A stretch of 59,477 bases of DNA, counting the filler. It is 7 parts of 7 records of this genome, joined end to end, with 100 filler letters (N's around TTAATTAATTAA, not from the genome) between each part and the next. Parts side by side here need not be neighbours in the genome. Positions count along the whole stretch, not along the records: positions 46,644 to 53,861 come from SRR31156797_25350; positions 53,962 to 59,477 come from SRR31156797_25362; 5 more parts are not named here. One strand, 5' to 3'. Made by a program: the position numbers and the translations under genes. How positions within the stretch are numbered: the first letter of the stretch is position 1; each line of letters opens with the position of its first letter. Below are positions 50,401 to 59,477 of the stretch, piece by piece. The notes under the pieces were generated by a model. That model searched no databases. It was not told the DNA's origin and saw only the letters and a list, made by a program, of their open reading frames with translations.

Positions 50401-51819
50401 TTAATTGTTCGCCTTCACATCGGCCAAAGGTGCGTCCATCTTTTTCATAATCCAAACTTTCATTAAAAATGCATAAACCATAAAGGCAATAAAAAATGAA
50501 GGAATACCCGCTGTAATATAAGGGAAAAGTCCATTGGAACTTGTCCAGCTTAAAGGCTCCAGGGTCCAAAGATAGAATCCAGCAGCGACAACTGTGGCAA
50601 TGAGCGCAGCCGGGTTAGTACCTTTCCAATAGGTGTACCCGGATTCACGGTTATAAAGCTGCCGTAATGACCAAGCCCATTTTCCGCGACCGATAATAGC
50701 ATAATCGGCCATCATGATTCCGCTATAGGTCCCGGTCAACAAAGCAATGTACGCCAAATAGACGCCATAGTGTTCAAAAACCACAGGATTTTCCAAAACC
50801 AAAGCGAATACCGAACAAATGATGACGGTTGTAGTCCATTTGGTTTTTGGGAAGCGGCTGCGATATGTGATGGACATCGGGTAGACAAGACAACTCACAG
50901 AACCGATGTTGGCCAGGGCAAACATGGCCAAGCCGATTACGGCCACTATCGGGCTACCCAAGGCGATAATCCATTCGCTGGGGTCATAAACCTTCAAAAC
51001 CAATGCCGTGAAAGCGGAAAAAATACCTGCAGAACATGCAAGGACGCCCCAGCCCCAAAGGCATCCATGGAAGGCTGCGCGTTCGCTTTTCGCCAGCCGG
51101 GTCCACTGTCCGAACCAAAAGGCCCATGAGAACCCCAAACCCACATTCCATTCGATGGCGGAAGCGCGACTCCAAGCAAGTGTTGCCAGGGGCTCGGCCG
51201 GTTCCTGCGAATAAATATGGTCGACACCATATTTGCTTAGAATTAGATAGATAAAATAAACCAGAACCAGCATCAGAAATAATGCGGTCATACGCGTAAA
51301 CCATTTTAGCACATTCGGCCCCAAGTAGGCGACATACGCTCCAATGGCTGTGGCAATAAACGCAAAAAGGATTGCCCCTGGAACTTCACTGGATAGAAAA
51401 GTCGGACCGTTAAAATATTCAACGAATTTTATGGCGCTCTCCCCGAACAAAAAGGCAGAATAGGCAATCCATCCAAAACTTGAGGAGATATACATAATGA
51501 GCCATAAATCTTTAAATTTATGCCCCAGGACTGCCGCCGAACCTTGCCATTGTTCAACACCGTATCTGGCAAAGATTACCGCCATTGGTGCGATCAGTAG
51601 TAACGGAAAACAATTTCCAAAAAGGACAATCGGTATAGCTTCATTGGCTTTGACCGCCAAACCGGTGAGGCTTCCAACCAAAAAGAACCAGGCAGCGATA
51701 CCGAAGCATATTTGCACTGCCATCAGGTCGACGACTCCGTAGATCCGATCTCCTGTATTCGCTGGAACAACATTAAAGAAAATATCGGAAAGAACTCCTT
51801 TTTTCATTTTACCCTCCAT
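50401..51819 (-). CDS. NCS1 (purine/cytosine permease-like) transporter
   Basis: About 12 TMs, ARYGV, WTRLAKS, GIMMADY. Confidence 0.8.
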   Translation of the reverse strand: MEGKMKKGVLSDIFFNVVPANTGDRIYGVVDLMAVQICFGIAAWFFLVGSLTGLAVKANEAIPIVLFGNCFPLLLIAPMAVIFARYGVEQWQGSAAVLGHKFKDLWLIMYISSSFGWIAYSAFLFGESAIKFVEYFNGPTFLSSEVPGAILFAFIATAIGAYVAYLGPNVLKWFTRMTALFLMLVLVYFIYLILSKYGVDHIYSQEPAEPLATLAWSRASAIEWNVGLGFSWAFWFGQWTRLAKSERAAFHGCLWGWGVLACSAGIFSAFTALVLKVYDPSEWIIALGSPIVAVIGLAMFALANIGSVSCLVYPMSITYRSRFPKTKWTTTVIICSVFALVLENPVVFEHYGVYLAYIALLTGTYSGIMMADYAIIGRGKWAWSLRQLYNRESGYTYWKGTNPAALIATVVAAGFYLWTLEPLSWTSSNGLFPYITAGIPSFFIAFMVYAFLMKVWIMKKMDAPLADVKANN

Positions 51820-51970
51820 TCCAGGTTTTTTACTTCAATAAAATTTAAACTGTAAGATAAAATCAGTTCTACGATTAAGAATCGCCTAGTCTAGGTAGAA
51901 TAAAGATAGAGGTATTTATCAATTACAGGGTTGATACTATTTCAGTTTATTGAAAGCGTTCACTGAAATG

Positions 51971-52189
51971 CTAAAGGAACGATACAAATAACCATATGAC
52001 AATTAAAACATTAATAGAGAGTGCAATAATATAATCTCTTTTCGTTAGGCGAGGTATCCAGCCGGCACCATCTTTGACAAGGTCGGGTTCATGTTTTTCT
52101 TCGAATTCTTCCACTCGCCGGGTGATCTGATCTCGCATCGCTTCGTCTATGCCGGGCAAGTTTATGCCCATTTTTTTTGCGTTAGCCAT
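51971..52189 (-). CDS. Small membrane protein
   Basis: GGAGGT RBS; C-terminal TM; precedes the transporter. Confidence 0.7.
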   Translation of the reverse strand: MANAKKMGINLPGIDEAMRDQITRRVEEFEEKHEPDLVKDGAGWIPRLTKRDYIIALSINVLIVIWLFVSFL

Positions 52190-52311
52190 TCATTTCACCT
52201 CCCTTAACATGATCAATTTAAGTAGTAATTGGTTTGTCAAATACTCCGCCTTGGTCGAAAACTGACAAAAAGGTTGGTTATTACGGTATCAAATAGTGTA
52301 GTGATTAGGCT

Positions 52312-53861
52312 TTATCGTTTTTGGGAAGAATGTTGCATCACAATTTCCGCAATATCTTTTAAGTCTGGCACCTTAATGTCTTTGTCATAGTTTCCTCCTG
52401 CATCATCGAACATGATCATGCAAAAAGGGCATGCCGCCGCCAGTACATCACATTTTTTTTCGACCGCTTCGTCCATTCTCAAGGCGCTTATGCGTTTTTT
52501 TTCATTCACCTGGAAGAATGCATTGCCGCCACCACCACCACAGCAAAATGACTTTTCCCTGTTATTGGGTAGTTCTGTTAGCCATCCGGCCTTGTGAAGG
52601 ATATTCCGTGGAAAATCGTAAATACCGTTCAATCGCCCCAGGTTACATGGATCATGGTAACTAATGTTCACTTTTTGTTTTGGCTGTTCCATGTGGATCC
52701 GTTTTTCTTGGATCAACTGATGGATCAGTTCCGTGTGGTGGACAACCTCGTACTCCCCTCCGAAGTCGCGATATTCATATTTGAGCATGTTGTAGCAATG
52801 CGGGCAGTGAACAAGGATTTTTTCGGCGCCGTATGAATTAAACAGCTCGATATTCTCTATGGCGATCATCTGAAAGAGGCCTTCCTCTCCGATCCGCTTT
52901 GCCGGTTCTCCGCAGCATCTTTCTTCCTCTCCAAGGATGCCAAACTTGATTGCCGCATCTTTCAGGATGCCGATAACCGCGTCTGTTATTTCCTGACACC
53001 GGGGGTTGTAACAGGAAGAACAACCAATAAAATAGAGAAACTCTGGGCTCTCCGCCTCTTGTATGGACGACGGTGGATCATCCTCCAGCCATTTGATTCG
53101 ATCATAGGAGGGCAAGCCATATGGATTGCCGTTTCTTTCCATGTTGCTAAGAAGGGTTATTTTATCTTCGTCCTCGAATCCCGTGTTGACAATATGCCTT
53201 CTGAAATCAATGAAATGGTCGACATGGCGGATGAAGGCGGGGCACGATTCGATACAGGCATAGCAATTGGTGCATCCCCACATCTCTTCGGTGCTGATCA
53301 TATCATCGAAAAAGGAATTGCCCGTCGTCCCATTGAGAATATCGGATGACACTTTCTGGACAACGCTGCGAGGGGATAGCAATCTACCGGCGTTGCTCGC
53401 AGGACAGTTTTTTTCGCACCGACCGCAATTAATACAACTGGTGAATTGAAGCCTTTCTTTCCATTCAAACGCCTCGGATGAACCAATGCCGATCTGCCCG
53501 ATTCCTTCTTCATTTTCGTTGTCTTCTTCTTCCAGTTCCAATATGTTAAATGGTGTGTCCAATTTTGCTTTTTCAGCGCCGATTCTTGGTGGGTTAACGA
53601 TACAATTCAATGGAATCAGAAGAATATGCCGTAATTTAGTGTACGGCAGGATGGCTATGAAAACCATACTCAACGTCATATGAAAAAACCACAACCATCT
53701 GTATAGATTCAAAATCGGTTCCATATCGGAACCAAATGGAATCACAGATTGCAAAAAAAGACCGATATAGGATGTGACGACGGCTTTTTCCGGGTCCAGT
53801 TGGATGCGGAACCCTTCTAAAAAGAAACCAGTCAGCACGATACCCAGCAGCAATAGTAAAA
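52312..53861 (-). CDS. Membrane Fe-S oxidoreductase, HdrD/FadF-like with CCG domains (5' truncated)
   Basis: TMs, CINCGRCEKNCP, CTNCYACIESCP, CCG, HDPC, CCGGGGG, CPFC. Confidence 0.9.
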
Positions 53862-54211
53862 NNNNNNNNNNNNNNNNNNNNNNNNNNNNNNNNNNNNNNN
53901 NNNNNTTAATTAATTAANNNNNNNNNNNNNNNNNNNNNNNNNNNNNNNNNNNNNNNNNNNNCTGCCCCTACACGGTATTATGCGATTATTTGTGTAATTC
54001 ATTATAATTTTCTTACTTATCTTAATATAAAAATATGAAGTTTAACTTAAAACATAATTATTTTATAATTAATTTTCTCAAGTTTTATTAGATTTAAATA
54101 CACTAATTCATATCTTAAATTTGACAAAAATATTTTTTAGTGATAGCATTAAAATGGAATTTTAAGGAAAAATAGTTTTAAAATTCAAAAATATACGTAG
54201 AGGGCAGACTA

Positions 54212-54442
54212 ATGGGTGAATATTTTTTAGATTTAGACGATCAAATTAAATTAACGATAAAAACAAGATATAAATTATTGGATGTATTAAATCATCAATC
54301 TTATTATTCAAATAATCTTGACGATTTACTTAAAATTTATGATATGATTCAATCAAAAAAGGCAATATATGAAGTAATTAGCATTAAAAATGATAAGATA
54401 AAAATGCGTGAAATAATGTCTTATAAAGGGAAGTTATTTTAA
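54212..54442 (+). CDS. Hypothetical 76-aa protein
   Basis: GAGGG RBS; TTGACA at 54121 upstream; open frame in AT-rich DNA. Confidence 0.55.
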   Translation: MGEYFLDLDDQIKLTIKTRYKLLDVLNHQSYYSNNLDDLLKIYDMIQSKKAIYEVISIKNDKIKMREIMSYKGKLF

Positions 54443-54475
54443 GAAAAATTATTATTTTGCAATAAGATACTAGGA

Positions 54476-55681
54476 GTGAAAAAGATGCAGACCATAGAAA
54501 CATTTAATTCCCCGATATATATGAATAAAACAGATGTATTCTATAGACTTCCATCTGCAGTTGATTTAGATGAATTTTGGGATGATTTGATAGAGTATAG
54601 GAGAAATAACTCTATTAGCTTAGAAGTTAAAAATTTATATAGAAACAATTTTTATATTTGTTTAACTGATCACTTGAAAGAAACTATAGTTGAAATAGAT
54701 GATCTCTCGAAAAAAAACATTTTGGCAGATCTAAAACCGGAAATTAGAGATGAGTTAATAAAAAATGCAATGGAAACAGAGGCGTATTTTACATCACTAA
54801 TAGAAGGAATAGACGTTTCGTGGGATAAAAGTCGAAGATTAATAGAAGGAGCTGAAGAAGCTAAAGATATTAGTGAACAAATTGTAATCAATAGTTATAA
54901 TGCTCTGATGCATATGAGCGACAATCTGGATGCTGATATAGATGAGAAGTTTATATTTAAATTATACAGTATAATAACAGACGATATTCTGGAAGATGAT
55001 GAAACAATAGAAACATATAGGCCAGAGGGAAGCTTCACAAAGCTAATAGGTAAAAAAGAGTACTCAGCACCACTGCATGAAGAGATTGAAGTGATGATAA
55101 GCGATTTGCTGGAGTTTATAAATCTTAATAAAGAAATAAGACTTCATCCTTTGTTGAAAGCAAGCATAATCCATTTTTATATCCTTTATGTTCAACCTTT
55201 TTCATTTGGAAACGGTATATTGGCACGTGCAATTGCGTATATGTATTTATTAAAAAATGGCTTTGATGTATTTAGATATTTTTCTTTATCAAGTATGCTG
55301 AAAGACCAAAAAATGAAGTATAATAACTCTCTAATAGAAGTAGAAGAGTATAAAGAGGATATTACTTATTTTTGTGTTTTTAATGCTGAAATAATGATAA
55401 AAAATATAAAGCAGATAATAGAGGACTTTAATAAAAAATATAAGCTAAAAGTTATCGAGATGAAAACACAGGATCTGGGCTTTGAACTGAGTAAAAGACA
55501 ATTAAAACTGATAGAGAGAGTGATGAAATACTCTGTTAAATCAATTGATATAGAGTACTATAAAAAATTCAATAAAGTAACTCAGGAAACTGCTCGTACA
55601 GATATGGAAGAGCTGGTAAAGTTTGAAATATTTTATAAAGAAAAACATGGTAAAAAGTTTGTATATATAATGGTTGAATAA
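54476..55681 (+). CDS. Fic-family protein with non-canonical motif and C-terminal wHTH
   Basis: TSLIEG inhibitory helix, QPFSFGNGILAR, TARTDMEEL. Confidence 0.85.
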   Translation: MKKMQTIETFNSPIYMNKTDVFYRLPSAVDLDEFWDDLIEYRRNNSISLEVKNLYRNNFYICLTDHLKETIVEIDDLSKKNILADLKPEIRDELIKNAMETEAYFTSLIEGIDVSWDKSRRLIEGAEEAKDISEQIVINSYNALMHMSDNLDADIDEKFIFKLYSIITDDILEDDETIETYRPEGSFTKLIGKKEYSAPLHEEIEVMISDLLEFINLNKEIRLHPLLKASIIHFYILYVQPFSFGNGILARAIAYMYLLKNGFDVFRYFSLSSMLKDQKMKYNNSLIEVEEYKEDITYFCVFNAEIMIKNIKQIIEDFNKKYKLKVIEMKTQDLGFELSKRQLKLIERVMKYSVKSIDIEYYKKFNKVTQETARTDMEELVKFEIFYKEKHGKKFVYIMVE

Positions 55682-55685
55682 AATC

Positions 55686-55726
55686 AAATCCCCTCAATAA
55701 GCTATATGCTGATTGAGGGGATTTTT
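55686..55726. repeat. Repeated hairpin/terminator, copy 1
   Basis: AAATCCCCTCAAT-N13-ATTGAGGGGATTT between convergent genes. Confidence 0.8.
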
Positions 55727-55741
55727 ATTTTAACATCTCTT

Positions 55742-56509
55742 TTAGTCGTCTTTTTTTAGTCTTTTTTGAACTTTAGCCCAGCTTGGTGTGATTAAGAAAC
55801 TCTCTTCCATTCCATCAATGATTTTTTCAAATTTTTTGTATGGAATAGCAAATGACAGAGTATTAGGGAAAACAGAAGGTCTTGCACTTACATCAAACAT
55901 TCCCATTATACTTTTTGGCTTATCTTTTAGAGCTTCTACTCTCGGATAAGTAATAATTGATCCACATCCAGATACAAATGGTGAAATGATACTACTCGGC
56001 TCACTCTCTTCGAAATTATCAAGAGTAAATATAGCTGATAAAACATCAGGTGTGCTAAAGAAAATAACAGCCTCCGGATTATCCTTTTCAGTTAATTTAT
56101 CCCATCTTTTAAATACTAAGTTTTTCCCGCCAGCTTCCATTTTAGGCACTGTTTTGATATATTCTAATGCTAATTCAGGAGTTCTTTTGTATCTTTCTCC
56201 CTCCATTTTTCCTTCAATTCCACATGAAAGGAAATATTCGAAATTCGGCATTTTGATTTGTTTGAATCCTGTATATGAAGCTCCACCCGGACATCCAAAT
56301 GAGTTTTCGTTAAAAATAACATCTTTTCCATCAAATGCTTTTCTAAGTTGCCCTAAGAAACATACAAAATTTGGTGGAGTTACTTTTGGTGCAACTATAG
56401 TTTCACCCTCAATATCCTCATCAGTATAATAAAAAGCAATTGGTAATCTTGCTTCTCCAAAATATTTTTCCCATAATTCCACAAATTGATCCCTAATTTT
56501 TATATCCAT
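55742..56509 (-). CDS. DUF169-family protein
   Basis: LPIAFYY, CFLGQL, GCPGG, SGCGSI, GMFDVSAR; GGAGG RBS before ATG 56509. Confidence 0.78.
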   Translation of the reverse strand: MDIKIRDQFVELWEKYFGEARLPIAFYYTDEDIEGETIVAPKVTPPNFVCFLGQLRKAFDGKDVIFNENSFGCPGGASYTGFKQIKMPNFEYFLSCGIEGKMEGERYKRTPELALEYIKTVPKMEAGGKNLVFKRWDKLTEKDNPEAVIFFSTPDVLSAIFTLDNFEESEPSSIISPFVSGCGSIITYPRVEALKDKPKSIMGMFDVSARPSVFPNTLSFAIPYKKFEKIIDGMEESFLITPSWAKVQKRLKKDD

Positions 56510-56941
56510 AATCGCCTCCCTTGATTTTATTTGAAACATAAAATTTAAATCTGTATTTTATTCTAACATATCTAACGGAAAAAGACCATTGTTTATTTGT
56601 TTGGTAATTAATGGTTCACAAAATGAGCAATTAAAGTAAGAGGGAAAAGTTAAAAGCTTAAATTTCGTAACTTTAATAGCTAAATAATTTTAATAATACG
56701 CAAAATTGTCGAATTCTAAATTTTTCGATAAAAAAATATAGATGTTCCGTTTATAAGTTGTTATTTTCACTTTATATAAATTTTAATTAGTATTTTAGAA
56801 CAGTTACTTACAAATTATCCATAAAATAGAATTTGTATCTTAAAGAAAAATATTAATTTTATCTAAGATGTTTTTAAACTTTGAGGGGTAATATCAAAAT
56901 AGAGGTTAAATTATAACTAAAACTAGCAAAGGGGTAATGCA

Positions 56942-57577
56942 ATGGTAGAGATATTTGTTAAGAAAAAATTGAAAAAAGAAAAAATAGACTTGAACTGCAA
57001 ATTTTCCCTTGAAAAAGGAGAAGTAACTACTATATATGGAAAGTTAGGCTCTGGAAATATGAAATTATTGGATGTAATTGAGGGAACACTGGCAGCAGAT
57101 GAAGGATATATGATAGATTCAGATGATGAACATAAATTAAATGTAGTTGCATACGCTGAGAACTTTAAGTACAAGAATAATAAGAGTATAAAAAATAATA
57201 TCTTAATGATAGCCGGAAGAAAAAATCGTAAATTTGCAGAAGAAGTATTGGAGCATCTTGAACTTAAGAGATTTGAGAAACAGCTACCATCATCACTTAA
57301 TAAAAGAGATTTTGAAAAGTTTACACTTGCAATGTGTTTGGTAAAAACTCCGGATATATTAGTATTACATAAGTTTTATAACTCTTTTAGTTTTGATATA
57401 GAGAGTCAGTTAAAATACTTCTTAGAAAAATGCAATATGGCTGTAATTGCCATCACGGAGAATTTTAAAAATGTACCGAAATTAGCATCAAAATTATTAT
57501 TCATTCATGAAGGTGAAATTAATAAAACGATAATCTTGAAAGAAGAAGAGAGTAAAAAATTAGGATTAGCATTTTAG
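56942..57577 (+). CDS. ModC-like ABC ATPase-fold protein with degenerate motifs
   Basis: GKLGSGNM at Walker A, LNKRD at the signature, LVLHK at Walker B. Confidence 0.7.
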   Translation: MVEIFVKKKLKKEKIDLNCKFSLEKGEVTTIYGKLGSGNMKLLDVIEGTLAADEGYMIDSDDEHKLNVVAYAENFKYKNNKSIKNNILMIAGRKNRKFAEEVLEHLELKRFEKQLPSSLNKRDFEKFTLAMCLVKTPDILVLHKFYNSFSFDIESQLKYFLEKCNMAVIAITENFKNVPKLASKLLFIHEGEINKTIILKEEESKKLGLAF

Positions 57578-57605
57578 ATAAAAATAATAACCGAATAAAA
57601 TAGAA

Positions 57606-57643
57606 CCCCTCAATGAGTTATATACTGATTGAGGGATTTTTTT
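57606..57643 (+). repeat. Repeated hairpin/terminator, copy 2
   Basis: CCCCTCAAT-N13-ATTGAGGGATTTTTTT. Confidence 0.8.
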
Positions 57644-57729
57644 GTTTGATAGGCTTCTAAATGTCTTGAATCAGATATTTTTTGGTGCTATACTTAAAAT
57701 AAGAAGTAATAAAATTAAGGGGGAAACTG

Positions 57730-57900
57730 ATGGATAAAAGAATAGCTAAAGATACAGGATGTCCATTTTGTGGAAATACTTTTTTTGAAGGAAACTTGGT
57801 AGGTGTTTACGAAGAGGACGGTAAATTGGTGATATATTGTCCGGGCTGTGGCTATGATATCGAAGTGCGAATAGGCGAAGACGGTAAAGTTTACTTTTAA
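57730..57900 (+). CDS. 56-aa zinc-ribbon microprotein (not in the ORF track)
   Basis: MDKRIAKDTGCPFCGNTFFEGNLVGVYEEDGKLVIYCPGCGYDIEVRIGEDGKVYF; AAGGGGG RBS; followed by a terminator. Confidence 0.85.
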   Translation: MDKRIAKDTGCPFCGNTFFEGNLVGVYEEDGKLVIYCPGCGYDIEVRIGEDGKVYF

Positions 57901-57901
57901 G

Positions 57902-57940
57902 AAATGAGTGTTATATTTCGAATATAACACTCATTTTTTT
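57902..57940 (+). terminator. Intrinsic terminator
   Basis: AAATGAGTGTTATAT/ATATAACACTCATTT plus T-run. Confidence 0.88.
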
Positions 57941-58084
57941 ATGTATTTCGCAATATTGATTTGCATTTTACCAAAAGCACCATGCAGTTAACCATTGTAA
58001 GGGCTACAAATAACTTAATTTACTATATAATTAATTTAAGAACGAAAGCTTAACTAAGCAAATTATAAGTATGGAGGAGTTATT

Positions 58085-59455
58085 ATGAAGATAACAGTTT
58101 TGATTGGAAGTCCAAAGGGTGACGTTAGTATTACTTATCAATTTTTGAAATATATAGAGAAAAAATTTCCAAATGTAGAGTTTGAGGAGTTTAAAATATC
58201 ACAGCAAATTAAATCAATTGAAAATAATAATAATAAGTTTGATGAAATTATGAACTCAATTAAGAGTTCCGACGCTGTATTATGGCTAACACCTGTATAT
58301 CATTTTACAATTCCGGGTCAATTAAAAAGATTTGTAGAATTGATATTCGAAAGAGGTTGTGAAAACTATTTTAAAGGGAAATATGCCACATTGCTAACTA
58401 CTTCGATTCATTTTTATGATCATATGGCAGAAAACTATATTCAGGGAATTTCAGAGGATTTAGAGATGAAATATGTTAGAGGTTTTTTAGCTGGAATGAA
58501 TGATCTGCCAAAACAGGAAAAAAGAGATATGTTAATTGATTTTTTCACTGATTTCAAAAGAAAAGTTGAAAATGAAATTTCAGTGAACTCAATATTTCCA
58601 AAGGTAAATAAAATTGATTGGGAATTTAATCCACAAAAAATTGAAGAAGTTTCGAAAAATTCTAAGCATAAAATACTTGCAATTACAGATATAGAAAATA
58701 ATGATTCAAATATAGCTAAGATGCTGGAAACGTATAAAAAGTTAATTCCAAATGAAATTGAAATAATAAATCTAAATGATCTAAATATAAAATCAGGCTG
58801 TATCGGATGTTGTATTTGTGGTGGAAATAATGTATGTAGTATATCTGATGATTTAATTGAAATTTATCATGACAAAATGGAAAAAGCTGATGCAATAGTA
58901 TATTTCGGAGAGATTAAAGATAGGTATCTTTCAGCGAAATTCAAAATATTCTTTGATAGGAGTTTTGTAAGAGGACATGCTCCAGTTTATACAGGAAAAC
59001 ATATAGCATATGTAATATCGGGGCCTCTTTCTCAAATTCCAAATTTAAGAGAAGAAATCAGAGCTAGAACTGAAGCAGGAGGATTAAATTTTGTAGATGT
59101 AGTCAGTGATGAGATTGTAGATGAAGGTGAACTGGTTAAAAAATTAAAAGACAGTGCTGAGAATTTAATTTATTACCTAAATAATAATATCAGTACACAG
59201 TCAGGATTTTATGAAACATCGGCTCATAAAATTTTTAGAGATTTTATACATGGAATTAGACCTGTTTTCGCTGCCGATCATAGATTTTACGCGAAAAATA
59301 AAGGTTATGATTTTCCTAATAAAAATATAATAAAAACGTTCTTTAGTCAATTTCTTTATATTTTACTTAAAAATAAAAAAATAAGAAAAGTTTTTAATAC
59401 AAAAATGAAAGTGCAAATGATTATGCCCTCTAAAAGAGTAGTAGATGAATTTTAG
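58085..59455 (+). CDS. Tandem flavodoxin-fold (FMN reductase / Fe-S flavoprotein) protein
   Basis: GSPKG..SIT, TPVY, second domain CIGCCIC...C; GGAGG RBS. Confidence 0.85.
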   Translation: MKITVLIGSPKGDVSITYQFLKYIEKKFPNVEFEEFKISQQIKSIENNNNKFDEIMNSIKSSDAVLWLTPVYHFTIPGQLKRFVELIFERGCENYFKGKYATLLTTSIHFYDHMAENYIQGISEDLEMKYVRGFLAGMNDLPKQEKRDMLIDFFTDFKRKVENEISVNSIFPKVNKIDWEFNPQKIEEVSKNSKHKILAITDIENNDSNIAKMLETYKKLIPNEIEIINLNDLNIKSGCIGCCICGGNNVCSISDDLIEIYHDKMEKADAIVYFGEIKDRYLSAKFKIFFDRSFVRGHAPVYTGKHIAYVISGPLSQIPNLREEIRARTEAGGLNFVDVVSDEIVDEGELVKKLKDSAENLIYYLNNNISTQSGFYETSAHKIFRDFIHGIRPVFAADHRFYAKNKGYDFPNKNIIKTFFSQFLYILLKNKKIRKVFNTKMKVQMIMPSKRVVDEF

Positions 59456-59477
59456 TTTCTTTTTAATACATCACTTC

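Noticed and set aside
53962-53971. CTGCCCCTAC at the contig start as a REP end
   Set aside because: Only 10 nt visible; too little to call
1-59477. CRISPR arrays, tRNA/rRNA genes, transposases, integrases
   Set aside because: None recognised by eye; tRNAscan-SE, Infernal and a CRISPR finder would be needed to exclude them formally

Overview
The window is not one locus. It is seven unrelated contig fragments joined by artificial 100-nt spacers (44 N + TTAATTAATTAA + 44 N), so gene neighbourhoods only mean something within a segment. Taxonomic labels below are impressions from gene content and base composition. Seg1 (1-12047, Desulfovibrio-like): LytS kinase end, a putative RelE-type toxin-antitoxin pair, Fe-S flavoprotein, cstA, an AT-rich TPR-MBL hydrolase gene, a CsgG-like/lipoprotein/secreted-caspase operon, and N-ATPase atpA-atpG. 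Seg2 (12148-20157, deltaproteobacterial): ECF sigma/anti-sigma operon, MarR, Usp, etfBA, pncB, histidine kinase. Seg3 (20258-25569) and seg4 (25670-40311), spirochaete-like: a sugar ABC/two-component/IclR cluster, then parE-parC-ompA-folP-cdaA-cdaR-acpS-DUF2225-truA-UDG-priA-def-fmt-PASTA. Seg5 (40412-46543): a one-polypeptide corrinoid methyltransferase plus RACo activator, FrhB-like protein, IorA. Seg6 (46644-53861): fabH remnant, two tandem candidate sRNAs, MoaD-AOR-Usp-NCS1-CCG oxidoreductase. Seg7 (53962-59477, low GC): degenerate Fic, DUF169, degenerate ABC ATPase, an unannotated Zn-ribbon microprotein, tandem flavodoxin. Best leads: the cstA-atpG accessory hotspot (TPR-MBL gene, caspase cassette bounded by a fossil copy of the atpG 3' end), the UroD-pterin-B12 fusion, and the paired anti-Shine-Dalgarno sRNA candidates. 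I recognised no rRNA, tRNA, CRISPR array, integrase or transposase.
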